Of a DNA stretch of 64,000 nucleotides, positions 56,264 through 64,000 are shown one piece after another. A program made the translations under genes and the position numbers. Every line of letters begins with the position of its first letter. Position 1 is the first letter of the stretch. Origin of the DNA: Sphingobacteriales bacterium 44-15 (GTDB taxonomy: Bacteria; Bacteroidota; Bacteroidia; Chitinophagales; Chitinophagaceae). The stretch is taken from assembly GCA_001899685.1 (NCBI GenBank), contig MKWG01000028.1:54718-118717 (forward strand), in the 5' to 3' direction. The notes under the pieces are model-generated. The model had not been told where the DNA came from. It did not search any database and saw only the letters and a program-made list of their open reading frames with translations.

Positions 56264-57316
56264 CTATTTTTTAATTATGATGTTTGTCCCGTTATTTTCA
56301 AACAGCAGATCGTTTGTATTACACAATACTGTCAGGATCATGTCCAGGGAATCGCCTGCAGCAAACGTACCGGTAAAGGATAAGTGATTTATATCATCCC
56401 TGTTATAATTTATAGTAACATTAAATCTTTTGCTCAGTGCGTCGAATACGTTCTTTAGTGGTCGTTTTTCAAACGCCAGTTCGGCTGATGGCGTCCTGTG
56501 CACAGGCGGCGCCACGGGCTTTGCAATATTCAGCGTTGTTACTAAAGCTTTGTCTTCAAAAAGACTAATCGTACACTGATGCCCGGCCGTCAATGCTATT
56601 TTCTTCATGTTCGAACCGTACTTTGATGACTGAATCACCACTTTACCCTCCAATAATTCCACCACAACCGTATTTGAATCATTAAGGGTGCTCACACTAA
56701 ATACCGTACCAACAGCTCTTGTACTAATATTACCGGCAAAAACAATAAAGGGCTTTGCGGTATCTTTTGCCACATCAAACAGCGCCTTGCCGCTTACCTG
56801 AATATTGCGCTGCCGATCGTTGAATCCGGGCTCATAGGATATGAAACTTCCCGGCGAGAGCTTTACCAGCGATCCATCCGGTAACGTATACAGCAGTACG
56901 GTTTTCCCGGTGTTCTCAATCTTTTTTTCGGTTATCCCCACAGCCAGCACCGCCAGTTTAGTGAATTGAATTTCTTTATGCGATTGCCGTTTAGTCCACA
57001 TCTGTGTGGCAAATACCAACAACAGCACGCAAGCTGCTTTTCCGGCAAATCTCCAGTTCCTTCTTATTGCAAAAGCGTACCGCTGCTTTTGATGAACATC
57101 AGACGCTATCCGTTCCAGTATGTTTCGTCTTATCCTTTCTGCAGCATCTTCCCTTAAAAAAATACTTTTGTCGTTGTCTGACTGGTCAAATTCACTTTTT
57201 AGGTCTTCATACAACTCCTGCCTGTTCTCCTCCAACAGGTGCAATAAATCTTCCGGATCGCCGCGATCAGAATTTCCCGACCTGTATTTATAAAGTAATT
57301 GCCAAAATTGTTTCAT
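56264..57316 (-). CDS. FecR-family anti-sigma factor
   Basis: Single TM (AACVLLLVFATQMW) and FecR domain (GKALFDVAKDTAKPFIVFAGNISTRAVGTVFSV). Confidence 0.9.
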   Translation of the reverse strand: MKQFWQLLYKYRSGNSDRGDPEDLLHLLEENRQELYEDLKSEFDQSDNDKSIFLREDAAERIRRNILERIASDVHQKQRYAFAIRRNWRFAGKAACVLLLVFATQMWTKRQSHKEIQFTKLAVLAVGITEKKIENTGKTVLLYTLPDGSLVKLSPGSFISYEPGFNDRQRNIQVSGKALFDVAKDTAKPFIVFAGNISTRAVGTVFSVSTLNDSNTVVVELLEGKVVIQSSKYGSNMKKIALTAGHQCTISLFEDKALVTTLNIAKPVAPPVHRTPSAELAFEKRPLKNVFDALSKRFNVTINYNRDDINHLSFTGTFAAGDSLDMILTVLCNTNDLLFENNGTNIIIKK

Positions 57317-57398
57317 CGCTTATATCATGTAAATACTCCTGTGAAGCAGGAAGAGGGGGCATCGTGTATGTTAAGAAAACATTATCAGAAACTTTTGA

Positions 57399-58007
57399 CT
57401 AATGGGTAAGAAAAAGAATAAGAGGCGCAATACCGTTTACTATATTTAAACCGCCGGTTTTTGCAACATGTTGTTTCAGCAGCTTGTTTGAATCTTTTAC
57501 ATACTCTTTTACGGTATCGGGAGAAATGCCAAGCAACTCTCCTACTTCGTTGTAAGACTTTCCTTCTAACTTATGTAATACAAAAGCGGTTCTTTTTCTT
57601 ACCGGCAGCTGTTTTATTAATCGCTCAAGCATTTGCAATTTTCCTTCATAATCAGGCTCGGTTGTGACCGGCAATTGCACCTGTTCGTTCATTGCATGTC
57701 CAAAAGCTTCTTCTAATTTTTTTGCTTCCCGGATGTTTTTTTTCAACCAGCTCATACTTTTGTTGAAGCTTACAACAAACAGCCAGTTAGCCACAGGTTT
57801 TAAAGGGTCGAGCGAAGTACGGAGCTGCCACATAGATGTAAATACTTCCTGCAAAATATCTTCTGCGGCAGCCGGGTTATGAACGAGCTTACAGATGTTA
57901 TGGTATATTATCTGATGATACCGGGTGAATATGACGTTAAAAGCGCTTACATCATCTTTTTCCTGCAATGATCGAATTAAATCTATATTGTTGAAGGTAT
58001 CCGACAT
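57399..58007 (-). CDS. ECF-type RNA polymerase sigma-70 factor
   Basis: Region 2 (AEDILQEVFTSMWQLR) and region 4 (SYNEVGELLGISPDTVKEYV). Confidence 0.9.
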   Translation of the reverse strand: MSDTFNNIDLIRSLQEKDDVSAFNVIFTRYHQIIYHNICKLVHNPAAAEDILQEVFTSMWQLRTSLDPLKPVANWLFVVSFNKSMSWLKKNIREAKKLEEAFGHAMNEQVQLPVTTEPDYEGKLQMLERLIKQLPVRKRTAFVLHKLEGKSYNEVGELLGISPDTVKEYVKDSNKLLKQHVAKTGGLNIVNGIAPLILFLTH

Positions 58008-58349
58008 GGCTCAGTATGGATCACGAAATTAAATGTTTGAAAAAAACTCAGGATTAACTTATCATTATCAATGATCCCTTGCAGCCTGTAAAAAAATAAT
58101 TCCTCATCTGTCATTAATGCCTGCAGCAATCATTGGATAGCATCCGGCAATGCAGCGCATTATTTCAAAATTTAACATTGAGGAAATCATCAATTACTAA
58201 ATTGCGGGCAGAAAAAACATTAAGACCGGTCGTGCTATCACTTTGCAGGAGTTATATTAATTTGTTTACACACCGGCATTATTTAAGGCAGCAGTTATCG
58301 TCCCTTTGAATCAGATAGCTGTTGCCTTTATTTTCTTATACTGGCATAC

Positions 58350-58592
58350 ATGGAAAATCTTAGCATCGTTTCCGATTTTCAGGTAACCGTTTCACCGGTG
58401 TTCTACAAAAAGATCGCCGAGCTGGCATCAGGGGACTACTGTTTGTTTACCGGAGGTAATTTTTTCTTTATCACCGGTCCCGGCAATAAAGCAGTACGCT
58501 TTACATGGAAAGGCACAGAAGGCAGCGAGATTACAGAGAAAAAACTGGCCGAGTGGCTGGCACTGATCCGGATAAAGTTTCCGCTTTTCTGA
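58350..58592 (+). CDS. small hypothetical protein (X3), full-length member of the EWL..I..KFP.F-tail family
   Basis: 80-aa ATG ORF whose C-terminal half is homologous to X2 (31434-31574) and the X1 remnant. Confidence 0.45.
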   Translation: MENLSIVSDFQVTVSPVFYKKIAELASGDYCLFTGGNFFFITGPGNKAVRFTWKGTEGSEITEKKLAEWLALIRIKFPLF

Positions 58593-58608
58593 TCCTGCAG
58601 GAAAATGT

Positions 58609-58929
58609 TCAGGAAACCCCTGCAGCGATCTTCCATTTGGAAGAAGCCTTCCGGATCCGGAAGCTGCAACAGGTTTCCGTATTTTTCAGAAGTAAGCGAT
58701 ACACGCCATCCTGTAAATCAGCTATCCGCATCTGGATCCTCAATCCGCGAAAACTGCCCTTCCTGCACACTTGTTCCTTCTCGTCTTCAATGACATATTG
58801 TATCGGCGAATTTGCCAGCACATCGTCCAGCACATTAATGATCATCATATCTTCGGTTATCGTTGCGGGTACCTGAAAGGATGTGGGTATAAAAGGCATA
58901 TTGAAGAATTGTGCCGTAAATAAACTCAA
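58609..58929 (-). CDS. hypothetical small beta-rich protein
   Basis: 106-aa ORF convergent with X3, with a 16-nt gap. Alternative start at MPFIPTSF (58899). No family assigned. Confidence 0.35.
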   Translation of the reverse strand: MSLFTAQFFNMPFIPTSFQVPATITEDMMIINVLDDVLANSPIQYVIEDEKEQVCRKGSFRGLRIQMRIADLQDGVYRLLLKNTETCCSFRIRKASSKWKIAAGVS

Positions 58930-59213
58930 TCAATGTAAACGGGATATAAACGTAATATTAAGTTTTCGGCAGGATATGCATAACTCAACCGAGCTCCATT
59001 TTGCACCGGGCTGATCCTGGGACAATGATGACAAATCGCAGCCTCCCTGCCCCCGGCAGAAATTATAATAGATAAAAAGAATAATTATACTGAAATTAAT
59101 ATTGCCTTTACGCTCTGTTTACAAACGTTGATTCAATTTGTGTTGTCAACATCCCTGAAACAGAAGTAATCTTTTTCATCGGCACTAACTATAACTCTTC
59201 AACAAAATCGTTT

Positions 59214-59579
59214 ATGAGCAACCAGGTACAGCTACAGTCAGTAACATCATTACAGGTTACGGTTAACAAAAAATTTCCGCTTTCTCTTATTATTGAAGTG
59301 ACCGGAGAAGCTACAACGCCGGGGTTTACGAACATCCACCTGGAACCTTATTTTTACATTGCACCTCCGGAGGGCGGGCTGTATGAATTTTCGCTGACAG
59401 GTGTGGTTCCTGATGAAGAAGTCAACGATAAAACCGGAGAAAAAGTAAATGTAACAGCAGAGGTATATGTGTGGGAAAGCTTTCCCTCAGATCTGAAAGG
59501 CATAAAAGTGTATGCCAACGAAAATAGCGCTGAGGAACTATTGTTCGCCGAACCGGCTGAAGCACAAGGCTTGTTCTAA
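59214..59579 (+). CDS. hypothetical protein
   Basis: 121-aa ATG ORF with plausible composition and no recognised motif. Confidence 0.4.
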   Translation: MSNQVQLQSVTSLQVTVNKKFPLSLIIEVTGEATTPGFTNIHLEPYFYIAPPEGGLYEFSLTGVVPDEEVNDKTGEKVNVTAEVYVWESFPSDLKGIKVYANENSAEELLFAEPAEAQGLF

Positions 59580-59674
59580 CAATCCCGGGCTAAACTGATT
59601 GCAGTAAGCAATGACCGGTTTTGGTTATACAAAGTAAAAGCTCTGTAAAAAACTTTTCCGTCTATTGCGCCATG

Positions 59675-60643
59675 TTATTGTTCCGCTATTTTTAGTAAAA
59701 CATTTCCCGTTTTCTGTCCTGTTTCAACATATTTGTACGCTTCTGCAATTTGTTCTAATCTGTATTTCCTGTCTATCACGGGTTTATACTCCCCTTTTTC
59801 CACAAGCTGTTTTAAAAAGAGCAGGTCTTGCTTATCAATTGTCGGAATTGGAAAAATAACCTTCTTTCCGCCCAGCAATGGAGTAATAAGGGCTAAAAAT
59901 AAGTTTTCAGCATTCTTTCCCAATTCAGTTGAAACATAAATACCGTTCCGGGTCAGCAATGGTTTGCATTCCTTAAAGGAACTTTTTCCAACTGCATCAA
60001 AGATAAAATGGAATTTTTCTTCTGTCTGTTTAAAATCCTGGGTTTGATAATCAATAACCCTGTCAGCGCCAAGGGATTTTACTAATGCTACATTTTTCGA
60101 ATTGCAAACTGCCGTAACAAATATTCCCAAATATTTCAAAAGCTGCACTGCGGATGAGCCTATCGCTCCTGTGGCTCCATAGACCATCGCTTTCTGTTCG
60201 CTTTTTATTTTTGAAGCCCTGATGTTACACAATGCGTAATGAGCTCCTTCCAAAATCGGAGCGGCCTGGTCAAAGCTCAGGTTATCCGGTATAGTTCCTA
60301 TGGCTCTGTCCTCAGCAATAGTTAAAAACTCAGCATGTCCCCCAAAAGTATCATCGTTGTAGCCAAACACCCTGTCGCCTTTTTTGAAACCTGTTACCTC
60401 TTTTCCCATATCTTCGATCGTCCCCGCAAATTCACAACCCAATATTGTATGCTTGGGACGAAACAGCCCACTCCAAAATCGGGAAATAAAATATTTGGCA
60501 CTCCGGAACCCTGCATCTGTCCTGTTTACGGTAGAAGTATAAACCCTTATCAACACTTCATTACTTTTTGGTGTTGGCATGGGCACTTCCATTAGTTTGG
60601 CAACTTCCGGCGGACCGTATTCAGTGTGTATTACAGCTTTCAT
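59675..60643 (-). CDS. NAD(P)-dependent medium-chain dehydrogenase/reductase (quinone-oxidoreductase/ADH-like)
   Basis: GroES-like N-terminus (EVLIRVYTSTVNRTD, GCEFAGTIEDMG) and Rossmann VYGATGAIGSSAVQL. Confidence 0.85.
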   Translation of the reverse strand: MKAVIHTEYGPPEVAKLMEVPMPTPKSNEVLIRVYTSTVNRTDAGFRSAKYFISRFWSGLFRPKHTILGCEFAGTIEDMGKEVTGFKKGDRVFGYNDDTFGGHAEFLTIAEDRAIGTIPDNLSFDQAAPILEGAHYALCNIRASKIKSEQKAMVYGATGAIGSSAVQLLKYLGIFVTAVCNSKNVALVKSLGADRVIDYQTQDFKQTEEKFHFIFDAVGKSSFKECKPLLTRNGIYVSTELGKNAENLFLALITPLLGGKKVIFPIPTIDKQDLLFLKQLVEKGEYKPVIDRKYRLEQIAEAYKYVETGQKTGNVLLKIAEQ

Positions 60644-61034
60644 TTTTCGATGAGATTTGGCGCCCTTTTCACTTACGGTTAACGTCAGCGTATTGCTGCA
60701 GTTGAAATATTTGTAACCCGTTTGCTGAAATATCCTGTGACAAATTAAAACAAAAAACAGTGCACCTAGCGTATTTCTGCTATTATATATCGCTTGAATA
60801 ATTCCTTAAAGCTAAAGCCCCCCGGTTTTCGGAAGAACTCTTTTGCTACCTGGTTATGTGCTTTAAAGCAAGCAACCGGTTTTCAGGATTTAAAAAAAAG
60901 GGGGAGGCCGTACCAACGGTGATCTTGCTTTGGAATAATCCTGTAAGAACATGTTTTAGGATACTTATCTGCTTCATATTGAGTTAACATTCTGTTCTGA
61001 TATTTGCCCTGTATGTAATATATTAACTGGTAAC

Positions 61035-61856
61035 ATGAAAAAGATCTGTGTCTTTTTTTTAATTGTCCTGATATCTTGTAATGATCGTCAAACGATTATC
61101 AAGATAAAAGGCTCTGACACAGAAGTAAATCTTGCCGTAAATCTTGCAGAACAATTTCATGGGATAAAGCCTGAATATACTATTTCAGTTTCCGGCGGCG
61201 GTTCCGGGATGGGCATTGCCTCCATATTAAAAAAGCAGGCAGATATTGCCAACTCCTCCCGCCCATTAACAGAGGAAGAAAAGCTTCTTTTTAAAAAAAT
61301 GGGAATTGAGCTGAAAATATTTGTGTTTGCAGAAGACGCCACTGCCATAATTGTACATGAAAATTTTCCTGTTGACACTATAGACGTGCCTGCACTCTCT
61401 AAAGTTATGAGTGGTGAATATAAATCATGGTTACCCGTTACAGGAAAAGATTTGCCGATAACCATTTATGGGCGGCAGAGTAATTCGGGTACACATTCTT
61501 TTATAAAGAAAAAACTGGGAATAGCTTTTAGCCGGGAAGCAAAAGAAATGAACGGGAATGCTCAGATAATGGAAAGTATAAAGCAGGATGAGTCTGGGAT
61601 CGGTTATATAGGCGCAGGTTATATATCATCAGAAACCAAAGGGGTAAAAATACTAAGGATTGCTGAGAGACCCGGAACTGCGGCTGTATCACCCCTGGAC
61701 AAATCCTCTATTAAAGCACAACGCTATTTTTTTCAAAGGCCGCTTTATCAATTTATTCCGCTGTCTTCATGGCAAAAAGTTCAAACTTTTTTACAGTTTG
61801 AAAAAAGCGATGAAGGCAAAGCCATTATTCAAAAAGAAGGGTATTACATATTATAA
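61035..61856 (+). CDS. pstS: phosphate ABC transporter substrate-binding lipoprotein
   Basis: Lipoprotein signal (FLIVLISC), IKGSDTE...VSGGGSGMGI...ANSSR...SNSGT PstS-family motifs. It is followed by pstCAB. Confidence 0.85.
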   Translation: MKKICVFFLIVLISCNDRQTIIKIKGSDTEVNLAVNLAEQFHGIKPEYTISVSGGGSGMGIASILKKQADIANSSRPLTEEEKLLFKKMGIELKIFVFAEDATAIIVHENFPVDTIDVPALSKVMSGEYKSWLPVTGKDLPITIYGRQSNSGTHSFIKKKLGIAFSREAKEMNGNAQIMESIKQDESGIGYIGAGYISSETKGVKILRIAERPGTAAVSPLDKSSIKAQRYFFQRPLYQFIPLSSWQKVQTFLQFEKSDEGKAIIQKEGYYIL

Positions 61857-61868
61857 TAAACAATTGAA

Positions 61869-62759
61869 ATGAACACCCGGGTAAGGGAACGATACGATGC
61901 TGTTTTTAAGCTTTTATTCAAAACCACAGGCATGCTGGTAATTGCAGTGCTCGGCGGTATTTTTCTAATGCTTGTATGGAATACTGTAGCCTTCTTCATA
62001 AAAGTAAGTCCTGTTGATTTTATTACCGGCACACAATGGAACCCTTCGGGTAGCCAGGCTTCTTACGGAATACTTCCGCTGGTAGTGAGCACAACACTGG
62101 TGACCATCGGTGCAATGTTGATTGCAATACCCTTAGGCATTGGCACTGCGGCTTTCATTTCGGAATATGCAGGTAAGCGATTAAAAAATTTTTTAAAGCC
62201 TGCAGTAGAAATGCTTGCTGCTATTCCATCTGTGGCTATAGGTTTTTTGGGTATAGTGGTAGTGGGTCCCGGAATTGCCGCACTGACGGGGCAGCCTAAC
62301 GGACTAAATGCACTTAACGGGGCTGTCTTACTTGCTGTAATGGCATTGCCTACTATTGTCACCATTGCAGAAGATGCTATTAATGCAGTGCCTGCATCAT
62401 ATAGAGAAGCGAGTTACGGGGTTGGGGCCAATCGCTGGCAAACACTTGTTTTTGTTACCATTCCTGCGGCAGCACCTGGTATCATTGCAGCCATTATGCT
62501 GGGAGTCGGAAGAGCTATCGGTGAAACCATGACCGTATTGATGGCTACAGGAAATGTTTCAGCGTTTCCAAAAGGATTCTTTCATTCTGTTCGGACTATC
62601 ACTGCAACGATAGCCATTGAAATGGGAGAAGTACCTTATCAGACCACCCATTATTTCGCGCTGTTTGCCATTGCTGCTGTATTGTTTTTAATGACGCTCG
62701 CAGCTAATCTTGCAGGAGAATATTTTGTTAACCGCTTCAGAAAATACCACGCCGCATGA
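61869..62759 (+). CDS. pstC: phosphate ABC transporter permease
   Basis: Six TM segments and the EAA-type loop YREASYGVGANRWQTLVFVTIPAAAPGI. Confidence 0.9.
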   Translation: MNTRVRERYDAVFKLLFKTTGMLVIAVLGGIFLMLVWNTVAFFIKVSPVDFITGTQWNPSGSQASYGILPLVVSTTLVTIGAMLIAIPLGIGTAAFISEYAGKRLKNFLKPAVEMLAAIPSVAIGFLGIVVVGPGIAALTGQPNGLNALNGAVLLAVMALPTIVTIAEDAINAVPASYREASYGVGANRWQTLVFVTIPAAAPGIIAAIMLGVGRAIGETMTVLMATGNVSAFPKGFFHSVRTITATIAIEMGEVPYQTTHYFALFAIAAVLFLMTLAANLAGEYFVNRFRKYHAA

Positions 62760-63604
62760 TCAGTAAAAAAACAGGAGCTTTTTTGGGGTGGTTCGTATTG
62801 TTGCTCTGTACGGGCACTGTTTGTTTCTTTCTCGGGATCATATTAGCTGATCTTATCACCAAAGGCTGGCCGGCCTTGTCATGGGAATTTATCAGTTCAG
62901 GTCCAACAGAGGGGATGACAACAGGAGGAATATTACCCGCTATTGTTGGTACTGTATTAACAACAGTTATCACTGCAATATTCGCCGTTCCGTTTGGCGT
63001 TTGTTGTGCCATATATTTAAATGAATATGCAAAAGACACCTCGTTCAGCAGGCTTATCCGTGCTTCAATCAGGAACCTGTCGGGTGTTCCTTCAATTATA
63101 TACGGGCTTTTTGGACTTGCATTGTTTGTACAGGGGCTAAGCCTGGGAACATCCGTACTTTCTGCCGGACTTACTTTAGGTTTATTGTCCCTGCCTTATA
63201 TAATAACAACTACTGAAGAAGCCTTACGACGTGTTCCTGCAAGTATGCGGGAAGCAGCCCTCGGCCTGGGTGCTACACAATTTGAATCTATAAGAGATGT
63301 GGTATTACCCGCGGCGCTGCCCGGCATATTAACCGGCGTGGTACTAACACTTTCAAGGGCAGCAGGAGAAACCGCTCCCATCTTATTTACAGGTGCGGCT
63401 TTTTACATTACAGGCACTTCAGGGGCGTTGAACCAGGAATTTATGGCATTACCGTATCATTTATACATGCTGTCTACGCAACACCAGGCGATAGAGCAGG
63501 TACGGCCACTGGCATACGCTACAGCGCTGGTTTTATTGATCGTGATAGTATTATTAAATCTCACCGCATTTTATATCCGGTACAAGCACAGGAATAATGA
63601 CTGA
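62756..63604 (+). CDS. pstA: phosphate ABC transporter permease
   Basis: ATGA overlap with pstC; MREAALGLGATQFESIRDVVLPAALPGI. Confidence 0.9.
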   Translation: MISKKTGAFLGWFVLLLCTGTVCFFLGIILADLITKGWPALSWEFISSGPTEGMTTGGILPAIVGTVLTTVITAIFAVPFGVCCAIYLNEYAKDTSFSRLIRASIRNLSGVPSIIYGLFGLALFVQGLSLGTSVLSAGLTLGLLSLPYIITTTEEALRRVPASMREAALGLGATQFESIRDVVLPAALPGILTGVVLTLSRAAGETAPILFTGAAFYITGTSGALNQEFMALPYHLYMLSTQHQAIEQVRPLAYATALVLLIVIVLLNLTAFYIRYKHRNND

Positions 63605-64000
63605 AGAAAAAATAAAACTCTCAACTCAAAATCTTAATCTCTGGTTTGGCAACAAGCATGTTTTAAAAAACATCAATGCCGCTTTTGCAGAAAACAAAGT
63701 TACAGCCTTGATCGGCCCTTCAGGATGTGGCAAAAGCACCCTGCTCAGAAGCTTTAATCGTATGCATGACCTTACTCCTGATGCAAGAATAGAGGGAAAA
63801 CTTTTTCTGGAATCCTTGGATTTGTACGATAAAAACATTTCGGTAACCCAGGTAAGAAAACGCATCGGGATGGTTTTTCAAAAAGCCAATCCTTTTCCGA
63901 AGAGTATATATGACAATATTAATTATGGCTTAAAAATAAATGACATCCCCCAAGGAGACAGAAAGGGCATTGTTGAAAATGCGCTTAAAGAGAGCTATCT
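63597..64000 (+). CDS. pstB: phosphate ABC transporter ATP-binding protein (3'-truncated by the window end)
   Basis: ATG at 63597 overlaps the pstA end. Walker A LIGPSGCGKST and the PstB-typical LLRSFNRMHDL. Confidence 0.9.
   Translation, partial: MTEEKIKLSTQNLNLWFGNKHVLKNINAAFAENKVTALIGPSGCGKSTLLRSFNRMHDLTPDARIEGKLFLESLDLYDKNISVTQVRKRIGMVFQKANPFPKSIYDNINYGLKINDIPQGDRKGIVENALKESY

Noticed and set aside
60960-61034. A possible Pho box upstream of pstS (CTGTTCT...CTGTATG).
   Set aside because: The two CTGT half-sites are 17 bp apart, not at the ~11-bp periodicity of PhoB boxes. The Bacteroidota Pho-box consensus is also not something I can verify here.
1-64000. Evidence for a mobile genetic element, prophage or defence island (integrase, transposase, tRNA attachment site, restriction-modification or abortive-infection genes).
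   Set aside because: None were seen. The only nuclease-like sequence is a start-less, stop-interrupted remnant at 30954-31322.

Overview
This window looks like a chromosomal segment from a Bacteroidota genome, probably Chitinophagaceae/Sphingobacteriia-like. That placement is inferred from three SusC/SusD pairs, ECF-sigma/FecR modules and lipoprotein-rich loci. No database search was possible, so all family names come from motifs I recognise in the translated ORFs.

Layout:
- 1-16.1 kb: small detoxification and stress-type genes. These include esterases, DinB/GNAT, TetR, CinA, DUF3175, a CsbD-like protein, topoisomerase IB, an SRPBCC protein, tandem Usp, and a SWIB/histone-H1-like pair. Two non-coding repeat families and a family of small paralogous ORFs are interspersed.
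- 16.5-21.5 kb: an iron-uptake locus (TonB-dependent receptor, small membrane protein, PepSY-TM protein).
- 23.0-30.7 kb: an enzyme-less FecR/SusC(STN)/SusD/lipoprotein locus, with its ECF sigma gene at the 3' end.
- 30.7-32.2 kb: a decayed, largely non-coding stretch holding gene remnants and a partial segmental duplication of 13.7-14.6 kb.
- 32.2-49.8 kb: one long co-directional AraC-linked PUL. It joins SusC/SusD, a single GH20, two Tat-signal Gfo/Idh/MocA oxidoreductases and a DUF6807/PmoA-like lipoprotein to an unusual cytoplasmic module (RraA-like aldolase, SDR, enolase-superfamily enzyme, NTF2-RidA fusion, creatininase-family amidohydrolase, SSF symporter with a coupled 53-aa peptide).
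- 49.9-58.0 kb: an ECF/FecR-linked SusC/SusD pair with a nucleotide pyrophosphatase/phosphodiesterase.
- 58.3-60.7 kb: small hypothetical ORFs and an MDR-type dehydrogenase.
- 61.0-64.0 kb: pstSCAB (pstB runs off the window).

I found no rRNA, tRNA, CRISPR array, transposase or integrase.

The most interesting candidates are:
1. The atypical oxidative/amino-sugar-acid-like PUL.
2. A duplicated ~250-nt non-coding element that ends in an intrinsic terminator (candidate sRNA).
3. A mosaic palindromic repeat whose 68-bp core is inverted between copies.
4. Recurrent convergent small-ORF cassettes showing reciprocal decay.
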